From: Ferruginibacter sp.
GTDB taxonomy: Bacteria > Bacteroidota > Bacteroidia > Chitinophagales > Chitinophagaceae
NCBI GenBank assembly: GCA_040006715.1
Contig: JBDTWL010000011.1
Coordinates: forward strand, 3,728-67,727
DNA length: 64,000 nt
Direction of reading: 5' to 3'
The notes below the pieces were generated by a model, which made no database searches, was not told the origin of the DNA, and was given only the letters and a program-made list of their open reading frames with translations. The position numbers and the translations under genes were made by a program. Positions 10,510-20,012 of the stretch are shown piece after piece. How positions within the stretch are numbered: the stretch's first letter is position 1; every line of letters begins with the position of its first letter.

Positions 10510-11664
10510 GTGAACATTATATCCAAAAAGATAATTGTTGTGGCCCTGTTACTGGCGGCCCTTTCTTTCAGCAATAAGACCTTTGCGCAAATTGACAGCA
10601 CAGGCACTGCAGATTCTCTCCTGCTTAAACAGGTAGAAATGCAAATGCAAACAAGCACCCAGCCTGCACCACAGCAAAGCCGCTCAGGCATTTCAGCTAA
10701 CCCGGATATTGGTGCTGTTGCTGATTTCCGTGGATCCTATACCAGCCAGGGCAAGAAGAATTTTGATGCTTACCTGAACGAGACAGAGGTCTCATTTCAA
10801 TCTGTAGTTGATCCTTACATAAGGGCAGACATTTTTGTTTCATTCAGCAGGGATGCTGAGACGCATAAATATGGAGTAGAAATTGAAGAAGGTTATCTTA
10901 CCACACTTTCCCTTCCCGCAAAATTGCAATTGAAAGTAGGGAAATTCAGGGAAGCAGCAGGAAAAATAAACCCCGTGCATCCTCATGCGCTCCCCTTCAT
11001 TGACCTGCCCAATGCCTACGTTAATTATTTTGGTGAAGAAGGCCTCAATGATGAAGGTGCTTCGCTGAGCTGGCTTTTACCAAATAAAAAATTTTACCAG
11101 GAATTCATTTTACAGGCTACCGCAGGGGCCGGTGAATCCCCAAGTTTTAAAAGAGCAACTGATAACCGTTTTGTTTACCTGGGTCATCTTAAAAACTTCT
11201 TTACGCTGAGTGATAATGCAACATTGGAATTGGGCCTGACAGGGATCACGGGCCCCAATGATTCTTCACACAATACAAATATTGCTGCGGCTGATATCAC
11301 TTATAAGTGGAAGCCCCTTCAAATGAATACTTACCGGTCATTGACCTGGCAGTCTGAATTTTTTTACAGCAATGCAAAGTACACGATACCTGGGGCAACA
11401 AACAGCTTCGGGTTTTATTCATTTTTAGAATACCAGCTTGCCAAGCGCTGGTTTTTAACCGGCAGGTATGATTATGCTCAAAAGCCATATGATAAAAATA
11501 TCGTCGAACAGGCTTATTCACTGAGTGCAGGCTGGCTGGCATCTGAGTTTCAGAAAATAGAATTTGAAGGTAAATTAACCAATCAAAGTATTCAATCTGC
11601 ATACAACCAATTCTGGCTGCGCTGGATCTTCGTGATCGGCGCACATGGCGCTCACCAGTATTAG
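10510..11664 (+). CDS. Outer-membrane beta-barrel associated with metal uptake
   Basis: Signal peptide, NPDIG, amphipathic strands, C-terminal WIFVIGAHGAHQY; upstream of the metal-binding protein gene. Confidence 0.75.
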   Translation: MNIISKKIIVVALLLAALSFSNKTFAQIDSTGTADSLLLKQVEMQMQTSTQPAPQQSRSGISANPDIGAVADFRGSYTSQGKKNFDAYLNETEVSFQSVVDPYIRADIFVSFSRDAETHKYGVEIEEGYLTTLSLPAKLQLKVGKFREAAGKINPVHPHALPFIDLPNAYVNYFGEEGLNDEGASLSWLLPNKKFYQEFILQATAGAGESPSFKRATDNRFVYLGHLKNFFTLSDNATLELGLTGITGPNDSSHNTNIAAADITYKWKPLQMNTYRSLTWQSEFFYSNAKYTIPGATNSFGFYSFLEYQLAKRWFLTGRYDYAQKPYDKNIVEQAYSLSAGWLASEFQKIEFEGKLTNQSIQSAYNQFWLRWIFVIGAHGAHQY

Positions 11665-11668
11665 TGAT

Positions 11669-11741
11669 CCGCCTTCGACCTCCTGCAAAATGCGGGAGAC
11701 AGCTTTTGTCATGTTGAGCCTGTTGAAACAATGACAAAAGC
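11669..11741. repeat. Intergenic REP-like double hairpin
   Basis: CCGCCTTCGAC, TCCTGCA-AAA-TGCGGGA, and the 11-bp inverted repeat GCTTTTGTCAT...ATGACAAAAGC enclosing GTTGAGCCTGTTGAAAC. Confidence 0.65.
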
Positions 11742-11790
11742 GGTTTTGAAAGAAAACTTAGTTTAAAAATATTTAATTAAAAAATAAATC

Positions 11791-12693
11791 ATGAAAAAAA
11801 CAATTTCAATTTTTGCAACGCTGCTGGTAATTGTTACAGTAGCTGGTGCAGGTCCCATAAAAGTCGTTACCACCACCACCGATATGCGGAGCATTGCGGA
11901 AATGATCGGGGGAAATAAAGTTTCAGTAACATCGATCGCTACGGGCTATCAAAATCCGCACTTTGTAGATCCCAAGCCAAGCTATATCATCAGCCTTTCC
12001 AATGCGGATCTTTTTGTAACGGTGGGGCTTGACCTGGAAACAGGCTGGTCGCCACAATTACTAACCAGTTCCCGAAATCCCAAAATACAAAAAGGGTCAG
12101 TTGGTTATGTTGATGCATCCGAAGGAGTGGGTTTATTACAGGTTCCTTCTTCTGTTAACCGCGGTGAAGGCGATATTCATATTTATGGAAACCCGCATTA
12201 CTGGCTTGACCCCTTGAATGGAAAGGTCATTGCAAGGAATATTGCCAATGGTTTGGAAAAAATTGACCCGGCCAATAGATCTTTTTATGAAGCCAATTTG
12301 TACGAATTTTTTACAAAGATCGACCTGAAATTAAAAGAATGGGATGCTAAAATGGCACCATTCAAGGGAAGTAAGATCATTGCTTACCACAACGAATGGG
12401 TTTATTTTGAAAGAAGGTTTGGTTTACAGATCGTTGACTTTATGGAGCCAAAGCCCGGCATTCCGCCATCACCTTCACAACTGGTTAAAGTGATCAAAGA
12501 AGTAACGGCCAATAAAATAAAAGTGATCATTTCCTCCCCTTATTTCACCACTTCATCATCGGATGTTGTTGCAAAGCAAACAGGCGTAAAAGAATTAACG
12601 CTTGCTACTTCAACAGCTGCATTCAGCAGTATCAAAAATTATTTCGAGCTGTTTGATTATGATGTGGACCAGTTGGTAGCAGTACTTAAATAA
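11791..12693 (+). CDS. Metal ABC transporter substrate-binding protein (ZnuA/TroA/MntA family)
   Basis: NPHFVDPKPS, GNPHYWLDP and YHNEW motifs. Confidence 0.92.
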   Translation: MKKTISIFATLLVIVTVAGAGPIKVVTTTTDMRSIAEMIGGNKVSVTSIATGYQNPHFVDPKPSYIISLSNADLFVTVGLDLETGWSPQLLTSSRNPKIQKGSVGYVDASEGVGLLQVPSSVNRGEGDIHIYGNPHYWLDPLNGKVIARNIANGLEKIDPANRSFYEANLYEFFTKIDLKLKEWDAKMAPFKGSKIIAYHNEWVYFERRFGLQIVDFMEPKPGIPPSPSQLVKVIKEVTANKIKVIISSPYFTTSSSDVVAKQTGVKELTLATSTAAFSSIKNYFELFDYDVDQLVAVLK

Positions 12694-12740
12694 TAATACG
12701 GATTATTAAAATTGAATTACACGAATTTAAAACTCATACT

Positions 12741-13583
12741 ATGTTTGAAATGTTTAACCTTCCGTTCATGCTCCAGGCCTTTGCTGCTGCTGTCATCACC
12801 GGGGTCTTGTTATCCTATTTAGGCGTTCATGTTGTGGGCAGGGGGATTGTTTTCGTGGACCTTGCACTGGGCCAGATATCTTCATTGGGAGTGGCTTTTG
12901 CAGCATTCATTGGCACAGGACTCACATCCATTCCGCTGATATTTACCTTATCAGGCGCTTTACTGATGTCATTCATCAATATTAGGGATAAGCGCTTAAA
13001 GCAGGAAGCGATCATTGGAATATTATATGCTTTCGCATCAGCAATAACGGTATTGTTGATCTCCAAAACAGCGCATGGGGATTCTGATATACAGGAAGTG
13101 CTTTTCGGAAATATTTTGTCAGTAAGCTGGCAGCAGATCACAACAATAGGAATGGTTTTCAGTGCCATCCTGCTTGTCCAGTTAATTTTCTTCCGGAAAT
13201 TCTTTGCGTTGACCGAATCATTTGAAAACGGCGTAAATCATCTTATAGGGATCTTCAATATCTGGAATTTCCTTTTTTATATTTCCATTGGTCTGGCCAT
13301 AGTTTTTGCGGTCAAAATAAACGGGGTCATCCCGGTCTTTGCTTATTTGATCATCCCTGCAGTATCGGCGATCATGCTTACAAAAAATAAAGGGGCTGTT
13401 TTAATAATTGCGATCATCATCAGTATTCTGGGAGGCTTCTTTGGATTGAATTTTTCATTTCATTATGATTTTCCTGCAGGTTCATCTATTGTAGTGGTCC
13501 TGGGTGGCATTTTTATATTGGCATCTGTTTACAGGATCATCAGGGGTATCACCGGTAAAAAACCAATGGAAGAGGCAGTGTAA
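12741..13583 (+). CDS. Metal ABC transporter permease (ZnuB/MntB, ABC-3 family)
   Basis: LGVHVVGRGIVFVDLALGQ, LFGNIL and IIPAVSA motifs; multi-pass membrane protein. Confidence 0.92.
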   Translation: MFEMFNLPFMLQAFAAAVITGVLLSYLGVHVVGRGIVFVDLALGQISSLGVAFAAFIGTGLTSIPLIFTLSGALLMSFINIRDKRLKQEAIIGILYAFASAITVLLISKTAHGDSDIQEVLFGNILSVSWQQITTIGMVFSAILLVQLIFFRKFFALTESFENGVNHLIGIFNIWNFLFYISIGLAIVFAVKINGVIPVFAYLIIPAVSAIMLTKNKGAVLIIAIIISILGGFFGLNFSFHYDFPAGSSIVVVLGGIFILASVYRIIRGITGKKPMEEAV

Positions 13584-13619
13584 TTATTATTAACGGGATA
13601 TTCGTTCGCAATGATGGAC

Positions 13620-14606
13620 TCATGCGGGATTGCCTTCGCCCGGTTTTTCCTGTGCTTCGATCACTGTTTTGTGCTCGGGCTGCTGTTGAATCGATCTTTC
13701 TGATTCTACCTCGATCTCCTGCACCCATACGGCATAGTTATTAGGATATATTTTTGACCCGGCATGTGCAGCATATACATGGGTAAATACAGCTCCGAAA
13801 TACAAGATCATGGCAGAATAATAGACCCATAACAGCAGGACAATGGCAGATCCCGCAGTTCCATAAGTTGAGGAAAGCTGGCTATGTCCCAAATAATAAC
13901 CGATCAGGAATTTACCTGCCATAAATAACGTTGCCGTGGTAAAAGCCCCTGCCCTTACATGCCTCCATCGTATCCGGGCATCCGGCAATACTTTAAAGAT
14001 CATTCCGAATAACAACGAAGTGATGACAAAGGTCAGTAGCAGGTTAAACGCATATACCATTATGACCGTTAATTCCGGGAACATGCGGGTAAGCCGGTGG
14101 ATGATCAGGTCCATTGCACCATTGATCATCAGGGATACCAACAATATAAATCCCAGGCTTACTACCAATGAAAAAGAAAGGAGCCTGTTAATGAGCATTT
14201 TCAATATCCCCTTTCCTTTACGCGGTTTGGCTTTTAATTTCCAGATATGATTGATGGAATCCTGTATCTCACTAAAAACACTGGTAGCACCGATCAATAA
14301 GGTAATAACGCCTACCATTGTGGCAAAGTTGCTGTTTTGAGATACCGCCGCATTGCGGATCGTTTGTTGTATCTGCAGGGCTGCATCCGCTCCCACAAAA
14401 CCGGATATCTGGTGATATAATGTTCCCTCGATCGCTTCCCTGCCATAAAATATATCACTAACAGAAATAATAATGATGAGCATGGCCGGTAAGGAGAAAA
14501 TAGTATAGAAGGCAAGTGCAGCACTTAGCTTCAGCACTTTATTATCTATAAAATCAGAAAATGATTGTTTAATGATCGTCCAGCTATTTTTAAATCCTGA
14601 TTTCAT
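13620..14606 (-). CDS. YihY/virulence factor BrkB family membrane protein
   Basis: AALAFYTIFSLP, FKVLPD, YGTAGS and LLWVYYSAMILYFGA motifs. Confidence 0.93.
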   Translation of the reverse strand: MKSGFKNSWTIIKQSFSDFIDNKVLKLSAALAFYTIFSLPAMLIIIISVSDIFYGREAIEGTLYHQISGFVGADAALQIQQTIRNAAVSQNSNFATMVGVITLLIGATSVFSEIQDSINHIWKLKAKPRKGKGILKMLINRLLSFSLVVSLGFILLVSLMINGAMDLIIHRLTRMFPELTVIMVYAFNLLLTFVITSLLFGMIFKVLPDARIRWRHVRAGAFTTATLFMAGKFLIGYYLGHSQLSSTYGTAGSAIVLLLWVYYSAMILYFGAVFTHVYAAHAGSKIYPNNYAVWVQEIEVESERSIQQQPEHKTVIEAQEKPGEGNPA

Positions 14607-14721
14607 ATCATGAAGTTATTTTAATTTCAACTAATCTTTTGATAATATCCCTACATGTTGGAAAATAATATTTGTTTATACTCAGCAGTTATTTAACTTC
14701 CTATCATTAAATCAACAAAAA

Positions 14722-15690
14722 TTGAAAAGGTTCCTCTTAGCTTCCGGTTATTTCATTTCTCTTTCTTTCTTATTTAATTCAAGATCCTTTGCCCAGGACC
14801 AAAAGCGTGATACGGTTAGTGTAGGTATTTACGTTACGAGTATCCACGACATTGATTTTAAGCAAAAAGAATATACCATTACTTTCTGGCTATGGTTAAA
14901 GTATAAGAATAAGTCCTTTGATTTTGAAAGAAACCTGGAAATACCCCAGGCGAAAACAATTTTAAAATCATTTCCTACAACAGACACGACAGGCGGTAAC
15001 ATCAGCATGCTGATGAAATTGCAGTGTGTAATGAAAGATTCCTGGAAGATAACCAGCTTTCCTTTTGACCGCCAGAAATTAAGGCTCTCCTTTGAGAATT
15101 CACAGTTTGATACCCGGTCATTGATCTTTGTTGCAGATACACCTGGTAAACACTATGGACGCTTTACGATCAATGGCTGGCTCATCGACAGTTTCAATAT
15201 TTCGATTGATAAAAAACTCTATGAAACAGCTTTTGGAGATGATAGCCTGGAAGAACCAAGATCGGAATACAGCGCATTCAGGGTAAACATAGGAATTGAG
15301 CGAACAGGCCCCTGGAGCCTTTTTCTAAAAATATTCCTCGGTATGTATGTGGCTTTCCTGATTTCATATGTATGCTTTTATATTCATGCTGACAGCATAG
15401 ACGCACGCTTTGGGTTAAGCGTAGGCTCTTTATTTGCAGTGATCGGCAACAAATACATTGTTGATTCTGCATTGCCCGACACAGCTGCAATTGGGTTAGT
15501 TGATACCCTGCATGGCCTTACTTTGCTCTGTATATTTATCGTGATCGCCTGCACCACTTATGCTTTAAGGCTTGCCAAAATAAATAAAATAAAACAAGCC
15601 AACAGGTTTGATATGATCAGCGCCCAGGTATTGTTGCTTGTTTATGTTATACTGAATATTTATTTTATTTCACAGGCAAATATGGGTTGA
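14722..15690 (+). CDS. Pentameric ligand-gated ion channel homolog (GLIC/ELIC-like)
   Basis: TTG start, signal peptide, V.VGIY...I.DID, FWLW, FPFDRQ Pro-loop, four C-terminal TM helices. Confidence 0.85.
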   Translation: MKRFLLASGYFISLSFLFNSRSFAQDQKRDTVSVGIYVTSIHDIDFKQKEYTITFWLWLKYKNKSFDFERNLEIPQAKTILKSFPTTDTTGGNISMLMKLQCVMKDSWKITSFPFDRQKLRLSFENSQFDTRSLIFVADTPGKHYGRFTINGWLIDSFNISIDKKLYETAFGDDSLEEPRSEYSAFRVNIGIERTGPWSLFLKIFLGMYVAFLISYVCFYIHADSIDARFGLSVGSLFAVIGNKYIVDSALPDTAAIGLVDTLHGLTLLCIFIVIACTTYALRLAKINKIKQANRFDMISAQVLLLVYVILNIYFISQANMG

Positions 15691-15702
15691 GAAATTTAAG
15701 TA

Positions 15703-16908
15703 ATGAAAATGAACAAAAAGACTTTATGCATCACTTTAATACTACTCGGATCCGTTATTTTTTTATCACAGTGTATCAATAAGACCGAAGCATTCAATGA
15801 TAACAGGGGAAAGGCTTATGCCGGTTCAGCCAGCTGCAGGCAATGCCACCAGGCCATTTATGATTCCGCCTTGCTAAGTGCACACTTCAATGCCACAGCG
15901 CCCGCTTCCAAAGAAAATGTACATGGTAATTTCAATGACGGAAAAAATGAATTTGTTTATAATAATGGAACAAAGGTTGTAATGGAAGAACGAGACAGCG
16001 GCCTTTACCAGGTTGTTTATGTAAATGGTAAAGAAAAGCAGGCTTACCGCTTTGATATTACATTCGGGTTAAGGAATGCACAGACCTGGCTATACTGGAA
16101 TGATGATAATACATATGAGTTGCCGGTATCCTGGTATACTTCGGTGCATGATTGGGCAACTAGCCCGGGCTTTTCTTCCAAAGATCCGGATTTTAAAAGA
16201 TTGATCGGCAGGGACTGTTTTGAATGCCATAGTTCGCATATCAGCAATAAACTGAATGCATCAACGGCAGGAATAACAGAAGTGCTGGTAAAAAACTCTA
16301 TCATTTATGGAATAGATTGTGAACGTTGCCATGGCCCGGCTGCAAACCACGTTAATTACCAGCTGGAATATCCCGGGATAAAAACAGCAAAATATATTAC
16401 TTTAAACCGCTCCCTAAACCAACTACAAAAATTGGATGCCTGTGCTTTATGCCATTCAGGAAATGATAAGTTGAAAATAGAGTCCAGGTTTAAATTCAGG
16501 CCCGGTGATACGCTTGCTAATTTCTTTATGACCCAATCAAACCATACCAACAGCAATGATTTTGATGTGCATGGAAACCAATACAGGCTGATGGCAGAAA
16601 GTAACTGTTTCCTTGGGAGTAAAAATATGAATTGTTCATCCTGCCATGATCCGCACAGGAATGCAAGCAATGACCTTGCATATTATTCGCAAAAATGTAT
16701 GGGCTGTCACAATGATGCCAGTCATGATTTTTGTCCTATGGCCGCTTCATTGGGAAATTCGATAAAAGAGAATTGTATTGATTGTCATATGCCCAAAAAG
16801 CCGTCGGAAGCTATAATCTTTCAAATGCAGGGGAGGTTTGAAAGATCTTCCTACCTGTTAAGAACACATCGGATCGCGATTTATGCCGCTGGAGAAATGA
16901 AAAAATAA
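15703..16908 (+). CDS. Exported multiheme cytochrome c (7 CxxCH)
   Basis: CRQCH, CFECH, CERCH, CALCH, CSSCH, CMGCH, CIDCH; N-terminal signal/lipoprotein-like peptide. Confidence 0.9.
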   Translation: MKMNKKTLCITLILLGSVIFLSQCINKTEAFNDNRGKAYAGSASCRQCHQAIYDSALLSAHFNATAPASKENVHGNFNDGKNEFVYNNGTKVVMEERDSGLYQVVYVNGKEKQAYRFDITFGLRNAQTWLYWNDDNTYELPVSWYTSVHDWATSPGFSSKDPDFKRLIGRDCFECHSSHISNKLNASTAGITEVLVKNSIIYGIDCERCHGPAANHVNYQLEYPGIKTAKYITLNRSLNQLQKLDACALCHSGNDKLKIESRFKFRPGDTLANFFMTQSNHTNSNDFDVHGNQYRLMAESNCFLGSKNMNCSSCHDPHRNASNDLAYYSQKCMGCHNDASHDFCPMAASLGNSIKENCIDCHMPKKPSEAIIFQMQGRFERSSYLLRTHRIAIYAAGEMKK

Positions 16909-16990
16909 CCCGTAATGCCAGTAAATACACATTGCCAAATCTTAATTCTTATCAATTATTCCAATATCCAGTATCCAGTATCCAACAATA

Positions 16991-17374
16991 CTAAACCACC
17001 AACTGCCCGAATAATTTTTCAAGCATCTCAGCCGCATCATCACATAATCCGGGGTGTACCTTGGATGTTTGCACAACAGTACTGCGTGTTGCTGTAAGCC
17101 AACGGAAACGTTCAGCCACAGGAAGCTTGCCAATTGGGCCTGCTTCATTTCCTCCTTTACATATCCGGTCAAAAGCATCAAGGTATTCTTTGAGTTCACC
17201 GGTATCTGACTTTTTACAAAAAGCCCGCAGCCGCTCTTCCTCCAGTTTGAACTTCATTTGTAAAAATTGTTGCTTTGCACAATACAGCACAACCCCTACG
17301 TTGAAAAATTCTTCTCTTTCAACCTTTGGTACAATGCGGATAACGGCATACTCAAATAAGTGTTGCTCTTGCAT
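16991..17374 (-). CDS. DUF3037 domain protein
   Basis: FEYAVIRIVPKVEREEFFNVGV and ERFRWLTATRSTVVQTSKVHPG motifs. Confidence 0.92.
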   Translation of the reverse strand: MQEQHLFEYAVIRIVPKVEREEFFNVGVVLYCAKQQFLQMKFKLEEERLRAFCKKSDTGELKEYLDAFDRICKGGNEAGPIGKLPVAERFRWLTATRSTVVQTSKVHPGLCDDAAEMLEKLFGQLVV

Positions 17375-18149
17375 GTTGTGCTTCTTTTACAAAAATTTCC
17401 GAATGTGCGATCCTTGTTTTTAAAAATTTTGCATATGCCTCCCGATGTTCTTCAACGGAATTAAACGGCGACGAACCCTGCAGCCATTCTGCCGGCAGCA
17501 GTTCTGTGATAGAATCGATCAAACTTTCGATAAGTATTGGCCTCAGTTCATCATTGACCGTTTCGAGGTCCCCTGCCTGTGGCAACAATACATGATCCTT
17601 GACATGCGTGAAGGGTTGCAAAGCTTTCTTTTCCCAGTCGTCCCACGAATGATGGAAATAAAGTGCGGCGCCATGGTCTATCAGCCACAATTCTTTATGC
17701 CACATCAGCATATTCGTATTTCGGGAAGTGCGGTCAACATTTGTGAGCAGGCAATCCAGCCACACGATCCTGGAAGCAAGACCTGTATCAACGTTTGTGA
17801 CAACGGGATCAAATGTAGTGGAACCTGAAAGATAATGAAGGCCCAGGTTCAACCCTACGCTTGCTTTCAGCAGGTCCTGTATCTCCTCGTCGGGTTCTGT
17901 TCTTCCAAAGGCTTCATCAAGGTCAGCAAAAACAACTTCGGGCACTTTTAAACCGATCACACGTGCAATTTCAGACCCCACAAGTTCAGCAATGAGTGAC
18001 CTTACTCCCTGCCCTGCACCCCTGAATTTGAGGACATACAAAAACCCATCGTCTGCTTCAGCAACTGCGGGGAGAGATCCTCCTTCACGCAGTGCGGTCA
18101 CATACCGGGTTACGTTAACCTTCCGTATGGGTTGTAAGACATTATTCAT
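17352..18149 (-). CDS. HipA-like kinase (HipA_2 type)
   Basis: LREGGSLP, YVLKFRGAGQG, NVDRTSRNTN and LIDHG motifs; ATG at 18149 preferred over TTG at 18179; overlaps DUF3037 by 23 nt. Confidence 0.88.
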   Translation of the reverse strand: MNNVLQPIRKVNVTRYVTALREGGSLPAVAEADDGFLYVLKFRGAGQGVRSLIAELVGSEIARVIGLKVPEVVFADLDEAFGRTEPDEEIQDLLKASVGLNLGLHYLSGSTTFDPVVTNVDTGLASRIVWLDCLLTNVDRTSRNTNMLMWHKELWLIDHGAALYFHHSWDDWEKKALQPFTHVKDHVLLPQAGDLETVNDELRPILIESLIDSITELLPAEWLQGSSPFNSVEEHREAYAKFLKTRIAHSEIFVKEAQHARATLI

Positions 18150-18228
18150 GAGCTGCGAAAATACGATATCCCACAGCAAGTTTTTTATCCTGTTATAATA
18201 AGGGAACTCAGGAGATACATACTAAAAA

Positions 18229-18272
18229 GGTTTAGATAGTTTAGGAGCATAAGATCCTAAACCACCTAAACC
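18229..18272. repeat. Intergenic inverted repeat with 9-nt internal period
   Basis: GGTTTAGATAGTTTAGGA / TCCTAAACCACCTAAACC (16/18 complementary). Confidence 0.7.
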
Positions 18273-18310
18273 ACACTTATAGAGAAGACAAACGCTAATT
18301 TAAAGCCGGG

Positions 18311-19795
18311 TTAATCTTTCACAATTTTATATGTACCGGAAATACTTCCCTGCTCATTTATTAATTTAATTATATAAACGCCTTTAGCAAGATCTGCGAA
18401 CAGCAAGCTTGTTTCATTGATACCTGCATTTAGTTTAACCTGGTCTATCCTTAACTGGTGACCCGTTATGTCGTATACAAACACTTGTATGGACTGGCGT
18501 TTTTCTGATTGCAATTGAATATGCAACTGGTCGCTTACAGGGTTTGGATATAATTGCGTAACTGCCAGTGCTTTTTTAGCTGTTTCCAGTTTTATTATAT
18601 CAGAATAGCTGATGCTTCCATCAAGGTCAACTGTTTTCAACCTGTAAAAATTCATACCTGCAAATGGGTAAGGATCTACAGCATTGTAATTGGCTCCACC
18701 GCCATTGTTACCTTTGGGCAGCACTTTTGTCAACTGAACAAAAGTTACTCCGTCATTGCTTCTTTCCACTTCAATATGGTGAACATTGTCCTCGGTTGCC
18801 GTATTCCAATATAAGTATACCTTATCATTTTTAATGTTCCCTGTAAAGCTGGTAAGCTTAACCGGTACTGGCCCACAGGCCTGCAAAGGAAAGCAAGAAC
18901 GGCGTTTAACAACACCCGTCATACCATTATAGTTAGCCAGGAAAACCTGTCCACGCTGGCAGTTCCCTTTAAGGTAATAATCCAGCCATGGTGTAAGCAG
19001 GGCCATCGTCTTGGTCATCAACGTTGATGTGCTTAATGCTGTAATACCACAACCGGAAGCGAACTGGCCTATTACGCACAACAGGTTATTATTTGCAAAC
19101 TGGCAATGCAAACCGTCTGTAATATTAACGTACGTTTTACAGGTCACAAAAGGCAGCATATTATTATACATCACTTCCTGGATCGAATCCGGTGCTATAC
19201 AATCGGCACTTCCACTAAAGATCAGCGTGGGTTTAAGATTCAGGTAGGCGGCAAGTGTAGCGGGCGGAGTTGTTTCTGCCGCTGCAAAATTGAATACTGC
19301 ATTGATAGAAGATGATAAGGTAGCAGACGCCAAAATGCTTGCTCCCCCTCCCATCGAGTGACCACCTACCGCAGCTTTTTTAATTACACGCTGGTATAGA
19401 AAGGAAGTGGCTGAATCATTCAATGAAGTAACCCGGCCGCATAAGAATGCGAGGTCTAATCCAAAATCGAGGTGATTGGGGATGATGCCATCCTCAGTTG
19501 CAGGAAGCGCAACGATATAACCGGTCTTTACAAGTGAATCTGCCAGCCATTTATATGAAGATGTTCCCATCAGGAATCCATGGCCGAAAACTACTACAGG
19601 GAATTTTGTTACCCCTGTTGCTACAGGCACATTATTTCCCGCGGTATTGGCAGGGTAATAAATATCGGTCGATATTTCCCTGGCAGTCCTGCTATTATCT
19701 ATGAATACCACGGTTCGCTTTCCTGTGGAGTATGGCTGGGCATAGCTGGAATACATTGCTGCAACCATTACAATAAGTGTAAAGATTCTTTTCAT
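18311..19795 (-). CDS. Secreted alpha/beta hydrolase (chlorophyllase/dienelactone-hydrolase-like) with T9SS type A CTD
   Basis: Signal peptide, FGHG, GHSMG nucleophile elbow; C-terminal LYPNP...KGVYIIKL. Confidence 0.88.
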   Translation of the reverse strand: MKRIFTLIVMVAAMYSSYAQPYSTGKRTVVFIDNSRTAREISTDIYYPANTAGNNVPVATGVTKFPVVVFGHGFLMGTSSYKWLADSLVKTGYIVALPATEDGIIPNHLDFGLDLAFLCGRVTSLNDSATSFLYQRVIKKAAVGGHSMGGGASILASATLSSSINAVFNFAAAETTPPATLAAYLNLKPTLIFSGSADCIAPDSIQEVMYNNMLPFVTCKTYVNITDGLHCQFANNNLLCVIGQFASGCGITALSTSTLMTKTMALLTPWLDYYLKGNCQRGQVFLANYNGMTGVVKRRSCFPLQACGPVPVKLTSFTGNIKNDKVYLYWNTATEDNVHHIEVERSNDGVTFVQLTKVLPKGNNGGGANYNAVDPYPFAGMNFYRLKTVDLDGSISYSDIIKLETAKKALAVTQLYPNPVSDQLHIQLQSEKRQSIQVFVYDITGHQLRIDQVKLNAGINETSLLFADLAKGVYIIKLINEQGSISGTYKIVKD

Positions 19796-19960
19796 AAAAA
19801 AAGATTAGGTTATAAATTGTGACTAAAACGTTGTTGGGGGGCTTGTGAAATCAGTGATACAGAGGAATTTTGGAAAGGCGATTGCTAATAATCTGCCTGT
19901 AAAATACGAAGAATTATTAAGAAATGAAACCTTTTCGGATTTTTAATTGATATATCACAT

Positions 19961-19991
19961 AAAAAACTGTCCCGGTATTTGACCGGGACAG
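19961..19991 (-). terminator. Rho-independent terminator of the TonB-dependent receptor gene
   Basis: CTGTCCCGGT/ACCGGGACAG hairpin followed by T6 on the minus strand. Confidence 0.85.
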
Positions 19992-20012
19992 CTCATATTT
20001 ATGGCTATGCCA

